A stretch of 64,000 nucleotides of DNA from Myxococcota bacterium (GCA_965223705.1 OZ245015.1:2880001-2944000), one strand, 5' to 3'; positions 48,874-58,967 are shown, counted from the stretch's first letter. Notes: generated by a model not told the origin, from the sequence alone. Numbers and translations: made by a program.

Positions 48874-49946
48874 TCGAGTCCTCCGAGAAACGGAACCAAC
48901 CAGTCGAGCCACTGCGTTCCGAAAATGGCTACCGCGAGATTGCGGGCAACCTGAGCGGTGCCGCCGAGATTGACGACTTCACCGCCTCCGGCGTTCGCCA
49001 GCTCGGCAAACTGCGGAATGAGTCCGCTCGATTGGTACGCCGGCTCCACGCCGTGCAGCTTTCGCAAGACCTCGGGATTCGAGATCAACGACACGTCGAG
49101 CAGGGTCACGACCCCACCGCGCCGGTGGAACGCTCCGACGCGGTCGATGAGCCGCCCCATCGTCTCGGGATGTGGCGGCGCGTCTCCGACCACGATGACG
49201 ACTTGAACCGCCTGCGAGCGGAACCCGGTCTTCTCGATCGCCGCTTCCATCGCAGAGTCAATCGCTTCAAAAATGTCTCCGCCCCCTTCGGCGTCGAGGG
49301 CGTGAAGGAACTCGCGAAGGCGCGCGTTCCGATACGTCAGGGGCAGGACCTTCGTCACGTAGGCCGAGTCGTAGTCGCGATAGGCCACGACGCCAAACCG
49401 CGTCTTCGGCACGAAGCCGCGAACGACGCGCACGAGCTCGTCGATGCGATCCCGCACTTCCTCGATCACCCAGCCCATGCTCCCCGTCGTGTCGATGGCG
49501 AGTACGACGTCGAGTCCGTGGCGTCGCATCTCGTCGAGCATGTCGTCGAAGCTGCCGAACGCACCGGGGCGGCCCGCGCCGAACGACGGCGCCAGTTGCG
49601 CCACGGCGCTCGGTTGAGACTCGAAGATCTGGGTCGCTTCCGCCGTGATGGGGTCGGGGCGGAACGTCCTCGTCGGAAGGGGACGGACCGTGGTGACTTT
49701 GGGTTTCGGCCTGGGAATCGGCTTGGGTTCCGGTGCGGCCTCGGCCGAGGTCGCGGCTTCGGGGGCCAGCGTCAACGCGGTTTCCGTCTCTTCGGGTGCG
49801 CCGGGCAGCCCGAGCCTGACGCCTCGCATGTACGCGAACAACGCGATGTGAAGGAGCACCGAGAACGCGAGCCCCAGCAGGACCCAACGATTCGTCTGCC
49901 AGGAAGACGGACCCGGCGCGCGCGGCGTCTGCATGGGCTCGCTCAC
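48870..49946 (-). CDS. Membrane-anchored VWA protein with TonB-like SxxxH anchor and Pro-rich linker
   Basis: TM LAFSVLLHIALF; PEPKPIPRPKPK; LDVVLAIDTTGSM (MIDAS), GVVAYRD, GGGDIFE, VGDAPPH. Confidence 0.85.
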   Translation of the reverse strand: MSEPMQTPRAPGPSSWQTNRWVLLGLAFSVLLHIALFAYMRGVRLGLPGAPEETETALTLAPEAATSAEAAPEPKPIPRPKPKVTTVRPLPTRTFRPDPITAEATQIFESQPSAVAQLAPSFGAGRPGAFGSFDDMLDEMRRHGLDVVLAIDTTGSMGWVIEEVRDRIDELVRVVRGFVPKTRFGVVAYRDYDSAYVTKVLPLTYRNARLREFLHALDAEGGGDIFEAIDSAMEAAIEKTGFRSQAVQVVIVVGDAPPHPETMGRLIDRVGAFHRRGGVVTLLDVSLISNPEVLRKLHGVEPAYQSSGLIPQFAELANAGGGEVVNLGGTAQVARNLAVAIFGTQWLDWLVPFLGGLE

Positions 49947-50635
49947 GACGGGACGACGCTTTCGGCACCGCCGCGCCCCGACGCCAGGAGTGCCGCGGAA
50001 AGTTCGCGCTGGCAGTGAACGAGCGTCGCGTGGTGGGACGCTCTCGAAGCCTCACTCGCTGCGGCGGCGATGGCGAGGGCCAGCCCGTAGCGACACTGCG
50101 CGCGCAGGCCCGCCGTCGAGAGGAGCCCATTGCTCCAGGCCTCGAGCGCGATGAGATAGTCGAAGAAATGTTGTCGTGCGAGCAAGTCCACCCGGACGCC
50201 GAGCGCGATATCCCCGGCGGTGGTCGCGGCGCGGAGGACTTCCGCCATGCCGTCGATGCAATGCGCCCAGACCTGGGGGGTGAGCTGGGGATCGCTCTGT
50301 TCCCAAAGCGCTCGCAGAAGACCGCGGCCGTACACGGGATCTTCGGTCTGCTCGTCGATCGCACAATCGAGGATCGCGAACGCCAAATCGACCGGCGGCA
50401 TGTCCGGTAGCGCCTGAATCCGCTCCTCCGTGCGCTCCACCGTCTCGACCAATAGGGCGTGAAGCACTCCGCCCTTCCCGCCGAACAAGTTGTAGGGCGT
50501 CACGAGTCCGACACCGGCTTCGCGCGCCAGGGAGCGCATCGCCAACCCGCCGGGCCCTCCCCTTCGGATGAGCCGTTTCGCCGCGCTCAAGATTCTCCGG
50601 CGCCGCTCGTCTTGCTGCTTCTCTCGCAATCCCAT
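49943..50635 (-). CDS. TetR/AcrR family regulator
   Basis: MGLREKQQDERRRRILSAA..MRSLAREAGVGLVTPYNLFGGK. Confidence 0.93.
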   Translation of the reverse strand: MGLREKQQDERRRRILSAAKRLIRRGGPGGLAMRSLAREAGVGLVTPYNLFGGKGGVLHALLVETVERTEERIQALPDMPPVDLAFAILDCAIDEQTEDPVYGRGLLRALWEQSDPQLTPQVWAHCIDGMAEVLRAATTAGDIALGVRVDLLARQHFFDYLIALEAWSNGLLSTAGLRAQCRYGLALAIAAAASEASRASHHATLVHCQRELSAALLASGRGGAESVVPS

Positions 50636-50666
50636 AACGCGTTATGATTGTATAACGTGTTATGGG
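50631..50666. promoter_or_regulatory. Double-palindrome operator overlapping the tetR start
   Basis: CATAACGCGTTATG (50633-50646) and ATAACGTGTTAT (50652-50663). Confidence 0.75.
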
Positions 50667-50685
50667 ATGGGTGAACGCGTATTCG

Positions 50686-51216
50686 ATGTCAGCGATGAGG
50701 CTCGCCGCTATCGGTGCTGTGTGGCTCGTCATGAGCGCCTGCAGCGGCATCCAGAAGCATGAGGGCGGTTACATCTTCGTCCCCGAGGTTGAAGGCGACG
50801 CCGTCGAGCAGGAAGTCGAATCCCTGATGCGCGCCGAAACCGGAGTGTGGCTGGGAATGCCTCGGGGTATCGCCGAAGACATCCTCAACGATCGTTTTGG
50901 ACTCACGAGCGGCCGACAGCCGAGCTCCGGCGGGATCGAGACGCTCGTCGCCCCGGGTGGGGGCTACGTCTACCTCCTCTACTACAAAGGACCGCCGGGG
51001 AGCGGCAAGATCCTGGTCTGCGGGCTTCAGATGCGCGGCGTCGGCGAAGACCCGCCGCCGCTCATGTCACCCGCCGGCGTTCGGCAACATCTCGGCGGGA
51101 AGAGCTACCGACGCACGGCGGAACGCGTTGTTTCTGTCTCCGATCGCGAGATCTTGTTCCTCGACCGCGAACACTGTCCGGAGCGCGATCCGGGACCGCC
51201 GCGCCGAACCGACTAG
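50686..51216 (+). CDS. Hypothetical lipoprotein
   Basis: MRLAAIGAVWLVMSA-C lipobox-like; divergent from tetR. Start uncertain. Confidence 0.6.
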   Translation: MSAMRLAAIGAVWLVMSACSGIQKHEGGYIFVPEVEGDAVEQEVESLMRAETGVWLGMPRGIAEDILNDRFGLTSGRQPSSGGIETLVAPGGGYVYLLYYKGPPGSGKILVCGLQMRGVGEDPPPLMSPAGVRQHLGGKSYRRTAERVVSVSDREILFLDREHCPERDPGPPRRTD

Positions 51217-52397
51217 AGTCGCGCCTGGGTGGGGCTGAGCGCGCCCGTCCCCTCTTCGTAGCCGCCGTCCTGGTTGTAGATGACGGCCCACGCGGCCATG
51301 ACTCGAACCGGGAGGCTCGTGTCGTCGAGTGCGCCCGCCGCCAGTTCGCGCTCCTCGGCTCGCCCTCGCCAGCCCACGGCCCACAAACTCTGCAACCGCA
51401 GATGCTCCGCCTGCCCTGGCTCGACGCCGCGCGCGAGTGTCTCGCGCGCCTCCATGTCGCGAGCCCATCCCAATGCCTCGATCACCCGGCCGGCGGCGAT
51501 CTCGTCGACGGAGCCGTCGGCGACAACCAGGTTCGCGAGCTCCAGAATGATGTCGCCGCTCGAGCGGCGGAGCGCGCCCGCGGCGATCGATGCCAGTCGC
51601 TCGTCGTTGCCGAGCACCTGCCCGCGCAGGTAGTCCTTCGCTTCTCGGACGCCTTGGCGTGCGCGGCTGGCAGAAGCCGCGATGCGAACCCGCGGTGAGG
51701 GATCTCGTGCGAGCTTCTCGAGTGCATCCCGCGACCATTCCGTCGGCTCAAGCGCCAGGCAGGCTGCCGCGATCTCTCGCTGGAGCTCTCCACTGGCTCT
51801 GAGCAGAGGCTCGACCATTGCGGGAATCTTCGCGCTGCCCAGCGAAGAGGCCGCGTAGATCGCGTAGGCGCGCATCCGCGGATCGTCCAGCTTCGAGATG
51901 TACTCCTCCACGACAGGGAGTAGCTCCGGGTTCCTCGAGTTCGCCGCCGCGTCCAAGGCCGCAACCTGCATGTTCGGTTGACCGGTGCGGATCGCCGACT
52001 CGATCAACGCCACGGCGTCCGTTCTCGGCGTAATGCGAAGACCTTCGAGGACCGAGCGCGTGAGCTCGGGGCTCTGCGTCGAATGGCGTTCGAACCACTG
52101 GATGGCACGCGGGCCTCGCACGGTGAGCACCGCGCCAACCGCGGCTTGCCGTGCGAGCTCCGCGCCGCTGGTGAGCGCATCCAGCAACACCTCTTCGCCT
52201 TCGACAGAGCCGCCGCTCAAGAGGATGCCTGCGGCGACGACGCGGTCGTAGCGGTCGACGTCTTCGAGGGCCAACGCATCTCGGGCAACCTGGAGCGCGC
52301 GCTCGCGCAGCTCGGCGTCCGGTCCTTGGCACCCCGTACCCAACGAGACAAGCAGCGAAAGAGCGGCAGAGAGAAGGAGGGGCTGGCAACGTCGCAT
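51213..52397 (-). CDS. HEAT-repeat lipoprotein
   Basis: LGTG-C lipobox; repeats such as LARDPSPRVRIAASA and LDDTSLPVRVMAAWA. Confidence 0.8.
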   Translation of the reverse strand: MRRCQPLLLSAALSLLVSLGTGCQGPDAELRERALQVARDALALEDVDRYDRVVAAGILLSGGSVEGEEVLLDALTSGAELARQAAVGAVLTVRGPRAIQWFERHSTQSPELTRSVLEGLRITPRTDAVALIESAIRTGQPNMQVAALDAAANSRNPELLPVVEEYISKLDDPRMRAYAIYAASSLGSAKIPAMVEPLLRASGELQREIAAACLALEPTEWSRDALEKLARDPSPRVRIAASASRARQGVREAKDYLRGQVLGNDERLASIAAGALRRSSGDIILELANLVVADGSVDEIAAGRVIEALGWARDMEARETLARGVEPGQAEHLRLQSLWAVGWRGRAEERELAAGALDDTSLPVRVMAAWAVIYNQDGGYEEGTGALSPTQARL

Positions 52398-52491
52398 GGA
52401 TTCTCCGTTCAGAATGAGGCCTTCCCAGCGGGCATTTTACACCTCCTGGAGATACGCCTCGAACCGCGGTTTGGACGCCGTCCGCGGGGCC

Positions 52492-52530
52492 AAAAAGGAA
52501 GGGGCTGGGCGGCACCTGCCACCCAGCCCC
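52492..52530 (-). terminator. Rho-independent terminator after the DUF1302-like gene
   Basis: Minus strand GGGGCTGGGTGGC..GCCGCCCAGCCCC followed by TTCCTTTTT. Confidence 0.75.
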
Positions 52531-52566
52531 TATCCAGGATGCTTCCTTCGCTAGGCGAAAGACTGC

Positions 52567-54786
52567 TTAGAACGAGTACCGAATCCGGAAGAACACCTCG
52601 TCCTGGTTCCGGATGTTGCTCAGGCCTTCCTGGATGGCGCCTCGCACGTTCGTGGGCGTGCCATCTCCAAGCGGCAGAAATGTACCATCCGCTTGAGGAT
52701 CGACCGTGAACCCCGTGAAAGGTCCGATGGCATGGCTGTCTTCTTGGGGGGTCCCCCAGATGACGTTCACGCCGCCGAGAATGCTCCAGTTGTTGGTGAG
52801 CAGGTATTGCAGCTGAAAACCCGATACCCAAGCCCCCGAGGCCTCCTCCCAAACGATGAAGCCCTGTGGCGTCAATCGATCGCGCATGTACTGGCCCTGG
52901 ATGAAGAGCGTCAGGATCCAGTTGTGCCGGTCGATCGGCATGCCGCTCTGGTTGTTCCCCTCATGGTCCTTCCAGTACGTGTGGAAGATCTGGCTCGAAA
53001 TAAAGAACGTCCGGTTCGGGTTCAAGAACTTGATGAACGTCGGTCGATCCATACCTAACGCGAACTGAATGAGATCCGACTCGTCGAACCAGTTCAGCTT
53101 GTTCGTATTCGTGATCGGTACGTCGTTACTCCAAGACGACTCGAGGCGGAACACGATGCCGGTGAAGTCATCGAAGTAGTCGACGGCGAGCCCCAGCGTG
53201 TTCACCTTGTTGTAGTCGAGGAAGATCGAGCCACCCGGGGTCAGGAAACCGCCGAAGGCCGAATAGAACGCCTGCGGATCGTTGTGGGCGTTGTTCGCCA
53301 GCGCCACCACGGCCGGGTTGGTCGAGTTTTGCGCCAGGGCCACGACCTCTTCCGGCGAGCCGACGAAGGCCGGGATGTTGCCCAGGGCCGCCGAGCAGCC
53401 CGCTGCGGCGGCCGCCGCGGCGGCGCGGTCGAACCACAGACAGTCGTTCGTCGGAATCCCGGTAGCGACGTTCTGGCTCAGTGTGATCGTGTTCCAGCGG
53501 ACCTCAGGCGTATCCCAGGTGCCCCAGTGGTTGGTGAGCGCGAAACGGATCTTCCAGATCCTCGCCTCGAAGCGCACCGCGATCTCGGTGTTGTCGAACT
53601 TCCAGGCCGGCAGGTTCTCACCGCCCGCCAGGCCCGCCGGTGTGCCAAAGCCCGAAGGCAACACACCGGAGCCGAAACCGTCCGGATCGGCTCCACCACA
53701 TGCGATCTGGCCGTCACCGGCCGTGGCCGGATTGAAGTCCGTACCGCCCGGAGCGCAGGGTTCCACGCTGAAGTAGGTATTGAACAGCGCGAAGGTTCCG
53801 ATCTGGCGACCGAAGAAATCGAATGCCCAGCCGTGATACGGCGCGCCGCCGCCTACCCGCTGGAAGCGGTCGAAGTTCCAGATCAACTGGATCGCGGTAT
53901 CGGTCAGCGGCCCGATCGAACCCGGGCGCCACTGCGCCGAGATCATCCACTGCGGAATCCGGATATCTTCGAAGGAATCGAAGAAGAAGTGCTGTCCAAA
54001 GTCCACCGGGTTGATGACGTCCTGGAGGCGGAAAAAGTCCGTCTTTCCCCACACGATCTGCTGCTTGCCCGCGCGGATCCAGACGTCGCCGATGCGCAGG
54101 TCCATGTATAGCTCGCGCACCGGGTACAGGCGTCCGTTCGAGTCCGTTGCCCCGAAGGCGACGTCGAGATGGTCGTCGTCGACGTCCTGACACTTGGGAC
54201 AATTAAGATTTCGATCGCTCAGAGGAAACGTGAGCGGGAAGTTTGCGTCTTCAAGCACGGCAAACTCTTCGAAGAAGCTCGGTCCCTCGACCCCGTGCAG
54301 GACGATCTTCTCGAGACCGCCTGTGGCTGTGATCGCAGGCTGCCCGATGGCACGACCGGCAGCGAAGTCGAGACCACCGAAGGCAACCGGGTCGCTACCG
54401 TAGGAGAGGCGGCCCGAGTCAGCGGGCGTATTGTCGGCGTCCCGGCCCACGTGGCCGTTCGAAATATCCTCACCGTAGTACTGCGCCCAGTCGAACTGAG
54501 GTCGCAACACTGTCGTGATTGCGATCTCGTCGAACAGCCCGACTTCTTCCCAGGTGATGGTCGCCTCTACCTGGAGCCGTGTGATCAGCTGATTGAGGTA
54601 GGTGGAGCCACCATCTTCAAACGTGTGAATGCGAGCTTCCGCGTCTGCGAAGCCGGCGACCTCGAGTTCGCCACCGAGAACTTCCCAGGTGTAACCCGCG
54701 CGCGCCTGTTGGCTGGCGCCCAGAGCGACGGCCATGACGGCGGCGAACAAAAATGTCGCGCCTCGACCCATGAGTTGAACGAGCAT
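52567..54786 (-). CDS. DUF1302-like outer-membrane protein
   Basis: Signal peptide; RELYMD..IRAGKQQIVWGKTDFFRLQDVINPVDF..EDIRIPQWM; C-terminus RNQDEVFFRIRYSF. Confidence 0.8.
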   Translation of the reverse strand: MLVQLMGRGATFLFAAVMAVALGASQQARAGYTWEVLGGELEVAGFADAEARIHTFEDGGSTYLNQLITRLQVEATITWEEVGLFDEIAITTVLRPQFDWAQYYGEDISNGHVGRDADNTPADSGRLSYGSDPVAFGGLDFAAGRAIGQPAITATGGLEKIVLHGVEGPSFFEEFAVLEDANFPLTFPLSDRNLNCPKCQDVDDDHLDVAFGATDSNGRLYPVRELYMDLRIGDVWIRAGKQQIVWGKTDFFRLQDVINPVDFGQHFFFDSFEDIRIPQWMISAQWRPGSIGPLTDTAIQLIWNFDRFQRVGGGAPYHGWAFDFFGRQIGTFALFNTYFSVEPCAPGGTDFNPATAGDGQIACGGADPDGFGSGVLPSGFGTPAGLAGGENLPAWKFDNTEIAVRFEARIWKIRFALTNHWGTWDTPEVRWNTITLSQNVATGIPTNDCLWFDRAAAAAAAAGCSAALGNIPAFVGSPEEVVALAQNSTNPAVVALANNAHNDPQAFYSAFGGFLTPGGSIFLDYNKVNTLGLAVDYFDDFTGIVFRLESSWSNDVPITNTNKLNWFDESDLIQFALGMDRPTFIKFLNPNRTFFISSQIFHTYWKDHEGNNQSGMPIDRHNWILTLFIQGQYMRDRLTPQGFIVWEEASGAWVSGFQLQYLLTNNWSILGGVNVIWGTPQEDSHAIGPFTGFTVDPQADGTFLPLGDGTPTNVRGAIQEGLSNIRNQDEVFFRIRYSF

Positions 54787-54913
54787 CAAATCCCCTCCTC
54801 GGTCCGGAACCACTGAGGGGGGCACCCCCGGGGTCCGGCCAGCTCGCTGATTAAAGCATTCCCCCGCAAGGATTTAAAGCATCTTTTGCGGGTTTCTTCG
54901 TCTTTCGGGGCGT

Positions 54914-57583
54914 CTAAGCCCCGGCCGGTTCGCGTACCGCCTCTCCGGCCTGCTCTGCTCCCTGATCCTTGATGAACTTGGGTTGGAAGATACGGATCAT
55001 CATCGGGAGGATCGTGATCGCACCGATCATGTGGCCGCCCATCAGGAGTGTGAGGAGCAGCGCCATTTCCGAGTTGAAGCGGAGCGCCGATCCCACAATC
55101 CAGTAGAAGATGCCGGCGACGACCGTGATCGCCGTAAACACCACGGCAGCCCCCGTCGTCGACAGCGTCTTCACGATGGCGTCGTTCACGGACATCTCGC
55201 GCGCCTCCTCGCGGATGCGGTCGAGGATGTAGATCGCGTAATCGACGCCGATCCCGATGCCGACAGCCGTGACCGGAAGCGTGTTGACGTTGAGCCCGAT
55301 GCCGCGGATCCCCATGTACGCGCGGTTCACCAGCACGGCGATCATCAGCACGACGAACACCAACGCCGGCGCCGTAAAGGACCGGTAGGTGATGAACACC
55401 GACGCCATCACCACGACCAGAATGAGCGCCGTCTGGATCAGCTCCGAGTGCTCGATCTCCTCGTTCGCCGCCGCCGTCACTCCGACGTAACCGCCGGCCA
55501 GCTTGTACTCGATCCCCTCGAGCGGGTTCTCCTCGATGAACTCCTTCACGGCCGCGACCGCGCGGGTCACCGTTTGACCCGTCGCGTCCTTGAAGAACGT
55601 GACGAAGTTCGCCTTCTGCGCCGGGTAGTCGACGTACTCGAGAATGACGCCGGGGATGGCCGCACCCGCTTCGTACATGAAGAGAATGTTGCCGATGTCC
55701 GAGGCCGATTCGGGAAGTGCCGACCAACGGGGGTCGTCGAAGTGATAGAGACGGTTGATCGAGCGGACCAGCGTCGGCACGTCACGCGTACCGCCCGCGC
55801 CGAGCACGCCCATCATGTGCTGACGGAACTTCTCGACGGTGCGCACGACGTCGGGGCGCTTCATCTCGTGCTCCTTGGTACCGACCAAGTAGACAGACAG
55901 CTGGTTCGCTCCCGCGAAGCGATCGTTGATCGCCGCCGCGGCGACGTTGTAGTCGCTGTCCTGGAAGACGATCGGGGAACCCGGGAGGTTCTCGCCGACG
56001 ACCACGTCTTTCGCGTACCAGAGCGAGCCGAACACGAGGACGGCCGTGATGATTCCCACCGGCACGTTCGAGCGCGGTGAAACCAGGAAGTTCCCCAGAT
56101 GCCACATCACACGCTGGGCGAACGGCTCGGGAGAACCGTCCGCGCGGTGGCCCGCCGAAGCGGCCGTGGTCGTGGGTGCCATCAAGTGCGCGATGCACCA
56201 CGGAAGGAGCAGCGGCACCGAAACGATGTTGCTGCCCGACCAGAAGCAACAGAAGATTCCGAGCTTCGCGATGATCGGGATCGACGATACCGCGAGCACC
56301 AAGAGCCCCGCCGCGTCCGTGAAGATCGCGATGAAGCTCGGCGTGATGAGCTCGCCCATCGTGTTGATCACCGCGGGCTTGCGCTCGTAGCCCGCCCGCA
56401 ACTCGTCGCGGTAGCGCTCGAGGAACTGCACCGCGTGGCTCGCTGTCCGCGCGGAGATCAAAATCGGTACCACGAGGATCAGCGGGTCGAGGTTGTACCC
56501 GAGCCAACCGACGAACCCGAGGCCCCACACCGCGGACAGGCCCGTCGAGATAACCGGCAGAATCAGCCCCGGGAGTGACCGGAAGTAGAGCAGGAGGAGG
56601 GTTCCGAAGAGCACTGCGGTAACGCCGAAGATGAACGCCAGCTGATCGGAGTGGTGGTAGATCCAACCCTTCAGCATCGGTTCACCGGCGGTGTAGAGCC
56701 TGGTCTTCGGTTCGCCCGCCGGTTCATTTGCGGCCATCACCGCTTCGTGCATGGGATCGTAGATCTCACGCCAACCCGGAACAGGATCTTCGCCTTCCGC
56801 GATCTCCGCGTCGAAAGCCGCCGCGAGCTGATCGAGCGGAGCGCTCTCCACTTCGAAGTTCTGCTCGGCGATCACCTTCTTGAAGTTGTTGAGTGCTCGT
56901 TTGGCTTTCGAGGTCTCTCCTGTGTCGATCTGCCAACCCAGGATGTCGAGTGCTCGCGCGACCCAGAAGTTGTCGGATTCCACGAGCCAGCGGAGCGCTC
57001 GCAGTCTGCCGAACACCTCGTTGTAATCGAGGCGGTCTTCATCGAAGCCCGCGAGCACCATCGCAGCCTTTCCGTCTTCGGAGAGGTAGGTGCCGTAGAC
57101 GATGTCGTTGTTGAACATCTCCTCGCGGAGACTCTTCAGCACCTCATCCTTTTTTGGGATGCGGCGCGGCAACACCGGTTCGGATTTCACGAGGCCGCCG
57201 GCCGTCGTGATGATCCGGCGAATCTTGCGGTGCGCGATGCTCGCCACCTGGTAGTGGTTCACGCCCTTGATCTTGTCGACTTCGTCGTTCAGGTAACGAA
57301 CTTTCGACAGCGCTTCCTCGGTAAAGATGTCTTCGCCGGTGGCCTCGAGGGACATCGTCACCACGTTGGCGCCGCCGAACGTGTCGCGCATCTCGTTGTA
57401 CGTGCGGATGTACTCGTGACGCTGCGGGAGAAGATCCGCGAACCGCGAGAACACCTCGATCGAGGGAATCTTGTAGGCGAGTACCGCCGTGGGAATCGCC
57501 ATCAAGATGAGCGAAATGACGGGGTGCTCGATCCACCACTTCGCGAAGTTATATGTCCAGCCTGAGGTTCGATCGTCTGACAT
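54914..57583 (-). CDS. MMPL/RND family transporter
   Basis: Two TM bundles; DLLPQRHEYI, GGAN, LDPLILVVP, GIGIGVDYAIY. Confidence 0.9.
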   Translation of the reverse strand: MSDDRTSGWTYNFAKWWIEHPVISLILMAIPTAVLAYKIPSIEVFSRFADLLPQRHEYIRTYNEMRDTFGGANVVTMSLEATGEDIFTEEALSKVRYLNDEVDKIKGVNHYQVASIAHRKIRRIITTAGGLVKSEPVLPRRIPKKDEVLKSLREEMFNNDIVYGTYLSEDGKAAMVLAGFDEDRLDYNEVFGRLRALRWLVESDNFWVARALDILGWQIDTGETSKAKRALNNFKKVIAEQNFEVESAPLDQLAAAFDAEIAEGEDPVPGWREIYDPMHEAVMAANEPAGEPKTRLYTAGEPMLKGWIYHHSDQLAFIFGVTAVLFGTLLLLYFRSLPGLILPVISTGLSAVWGLGFVGWLGYNLDPLILVVPILISARTASHAVQFLERYRDELRAGYERKPAVINTMGELITPSFIAIFTDAAGLLVLAVSSIPIIAKLGIFCCFWSGSNIVSVPLLLPWCIAHLMAPTTTAASAGHRADGSPEPFAQRVMWHLGNFLVSPRSNVPVGIITAVLVFGSLWYAKDVVVGENLPGSPIVFQDSDYNVAAAAINDRFAGANQLSVYLVGTKEHEMKRPDVVRTVEKFRQHMMGVLGAGGTRDVPTLVRSINRLYHFDDPRWSALPESASDIGNILFMYEAGAAIPGVILEYVDYPAQKANFVTFFKDATGQTVTRAVAAVKEFIEENPLEGIEYKLAGGYVGVTAAANEEIEHSELIQTALILVVVMASVFITYRSFTAPALVFVVLMIAVLVNRAYMGIRGIGLNVNTLPVTAVGIGIGVDYAIYILDRIREEAREMSVNDAIVKTLSTTGAAVVFTAITVVAGIFYWIVGSALRFNSEMALLLTLLMGGHMIGAITILPMMIRIFQPKFIKDQGAEQAGEAVREPAGA

Positions 57584-57595
57584 GGTGCGATACTC

Positions 57596-58918
57596 CTAAG
57601 CGTTGTCGTCGTTCAGACGAATCTGGCAGCGTTCCCAGCCGGAATTGCCTTTGCGAAACACGCAGCTACCGCGCCCACCGAGAGCGAGCAGCGTGTTGTC
57701 TTCCAATACGAGGATGGGCTTGAGCCACGAATAGAGCTCGAGCGCGGAACGGTCGACGAGCTTCCACCCCTCGCCCTCGACCTCTCCGAGCAACCCGACG
57801 GCGCCGACGATCAGCGGCGACGAGTTCGCGAGGAGGTGCGTCCCGAAGATGCCCGCCGTGCCCGCAGGTTGCGGCCTCGAGGACCACGTGACGCCGCGGT
57901 CGTCGCTGCGTTGGTTGGCACCGGCCGCTCCGACGAGAACGATGGTGTCGCCCTTCCCCGTGGAATCGATCCAATACGGGAGGTCGGGGTCTCGCGCGGA
58001 GAGCGATGCGCCGCGGCGTGCCCACGTAGCGCCGTCATCTTCGCTCTGAAGAATGAGTCCGAACTCACCCGCGGCCGTGATGAGGTCTCCCTGGAAGACC
58101 ATCGTGCTGATCGTGAAGTCGCCGGCCTGGAACGCCGCGCCGGGCCGGAAGTCGAAGGTGATCGTCGGCGCGGGCTCGGCGTCGAGCTCGTTGACGATCT
58201 CGATGACGCCGTCCTCGCTGACGATGAAATCCTTGTCGAGTTCGGCCGGGCGTCCGTTGACGTTGCCGGCGAGTACGATGGACTCGCGGAGAATGTTCGC
58301 GACGCCGGTGAACCAAACACCCGGGTTCGTGTTCGGGAAGGGCAGCGGGGGTTGGTTCACGGTATCCGGGGCGGCGTCCTGAAAGGTCTTTCCACCGTCG
58401 CGCGACACCGCGAGGATGCCTCGCCCGCCAGCGGCCCAGATCGACCTGATGTTGCCCGATGAATCGCGCCGCACGCCCATGGTGAGGACGGCGTCGTTCC
58501 CGATGTTCTGCACCTGAGAGAGCGTGCCGTTTTCGAAGCGGAGAATATTGCCCGACGCACTCGCGACCAGCGCCGAGCCATCGGGCAAGGCGACGACGTC
58601 CATCAGGTCTTCGGTGACGTCCGTCTCGACGAGCTCGGCTTTCGAGACTTCCGACCCGTTGAACGTGATGAGGGCGACCATGCCGAACTCGCCGACGCCC
58701 AAGATCTGGTCGCTTCCAACGAGCTGAACCGCAGCGATCACATCGTTCGAAAACTGCAGCCGTCGGTCCCACGAAGGCGTCGGTGCCGCCTCTTGGGCGA
58801 ACGACGCAGACGCGACGAGGCTAGAGCTCATGCAGAGGAGGAGAAGCAGGACGAGTTCCTTGCTTCTCGGTACCCGGCGAACCGGGACCGATACGAGGGG
58901 CGCGTGTCGTTGTGTCAT
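57596..58918 (-). CDS. YCF48/BNR-repeat beta-propeller protein
   Basis: Asp boxes SRDGGKTF, SEDDGATW, SDDRGVTW; repeated VGEFG/AGEFG motifs. Confidence 0.8.
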   Translation of the reverse strand: MTQRHAPLVSVPVRRVPRSKELVLLLLLCMSSSLVASASFAQEAAPTPSWDRRLQFSNDVIAAVQLVGSDQILGVGEFGMVALITFNGSEVSKAELVETDVTEDLMDVVALPDGSALVASASGNILRFENGTLSQVQNIGNDAVLTMGVRRDSSGNIRSIWAAGGRGILAVSRDGGKTFQDAAPDTVNQPPLPFPNTNPGVWFTGVANILRESIVLAGNVNGRPAELDKDFIVSEDGVIEIVNELDAEPAPTITFDFRPGAAFQAGDFTISTMVFQGDLITAAGEFGLILQSEDDGATWARRGASLSARDPDLPYWIDSTGKGDTIVLVGAAGANQRSDDRGVTWSSRPQPAGTAGIFGTHLLANSSPLIVGAVGLLGEVEGEGWKLVDRSALELYSWLKPILVLEDNTLLALGGRGSCVFRKGNSGWERCQIRLNDDNA

Positions 58919-58967
58919 GGGGGTCTTGAAGTCGTCCGTGTGAGTGTTGGGTGGTTGTTGGGTCGTT

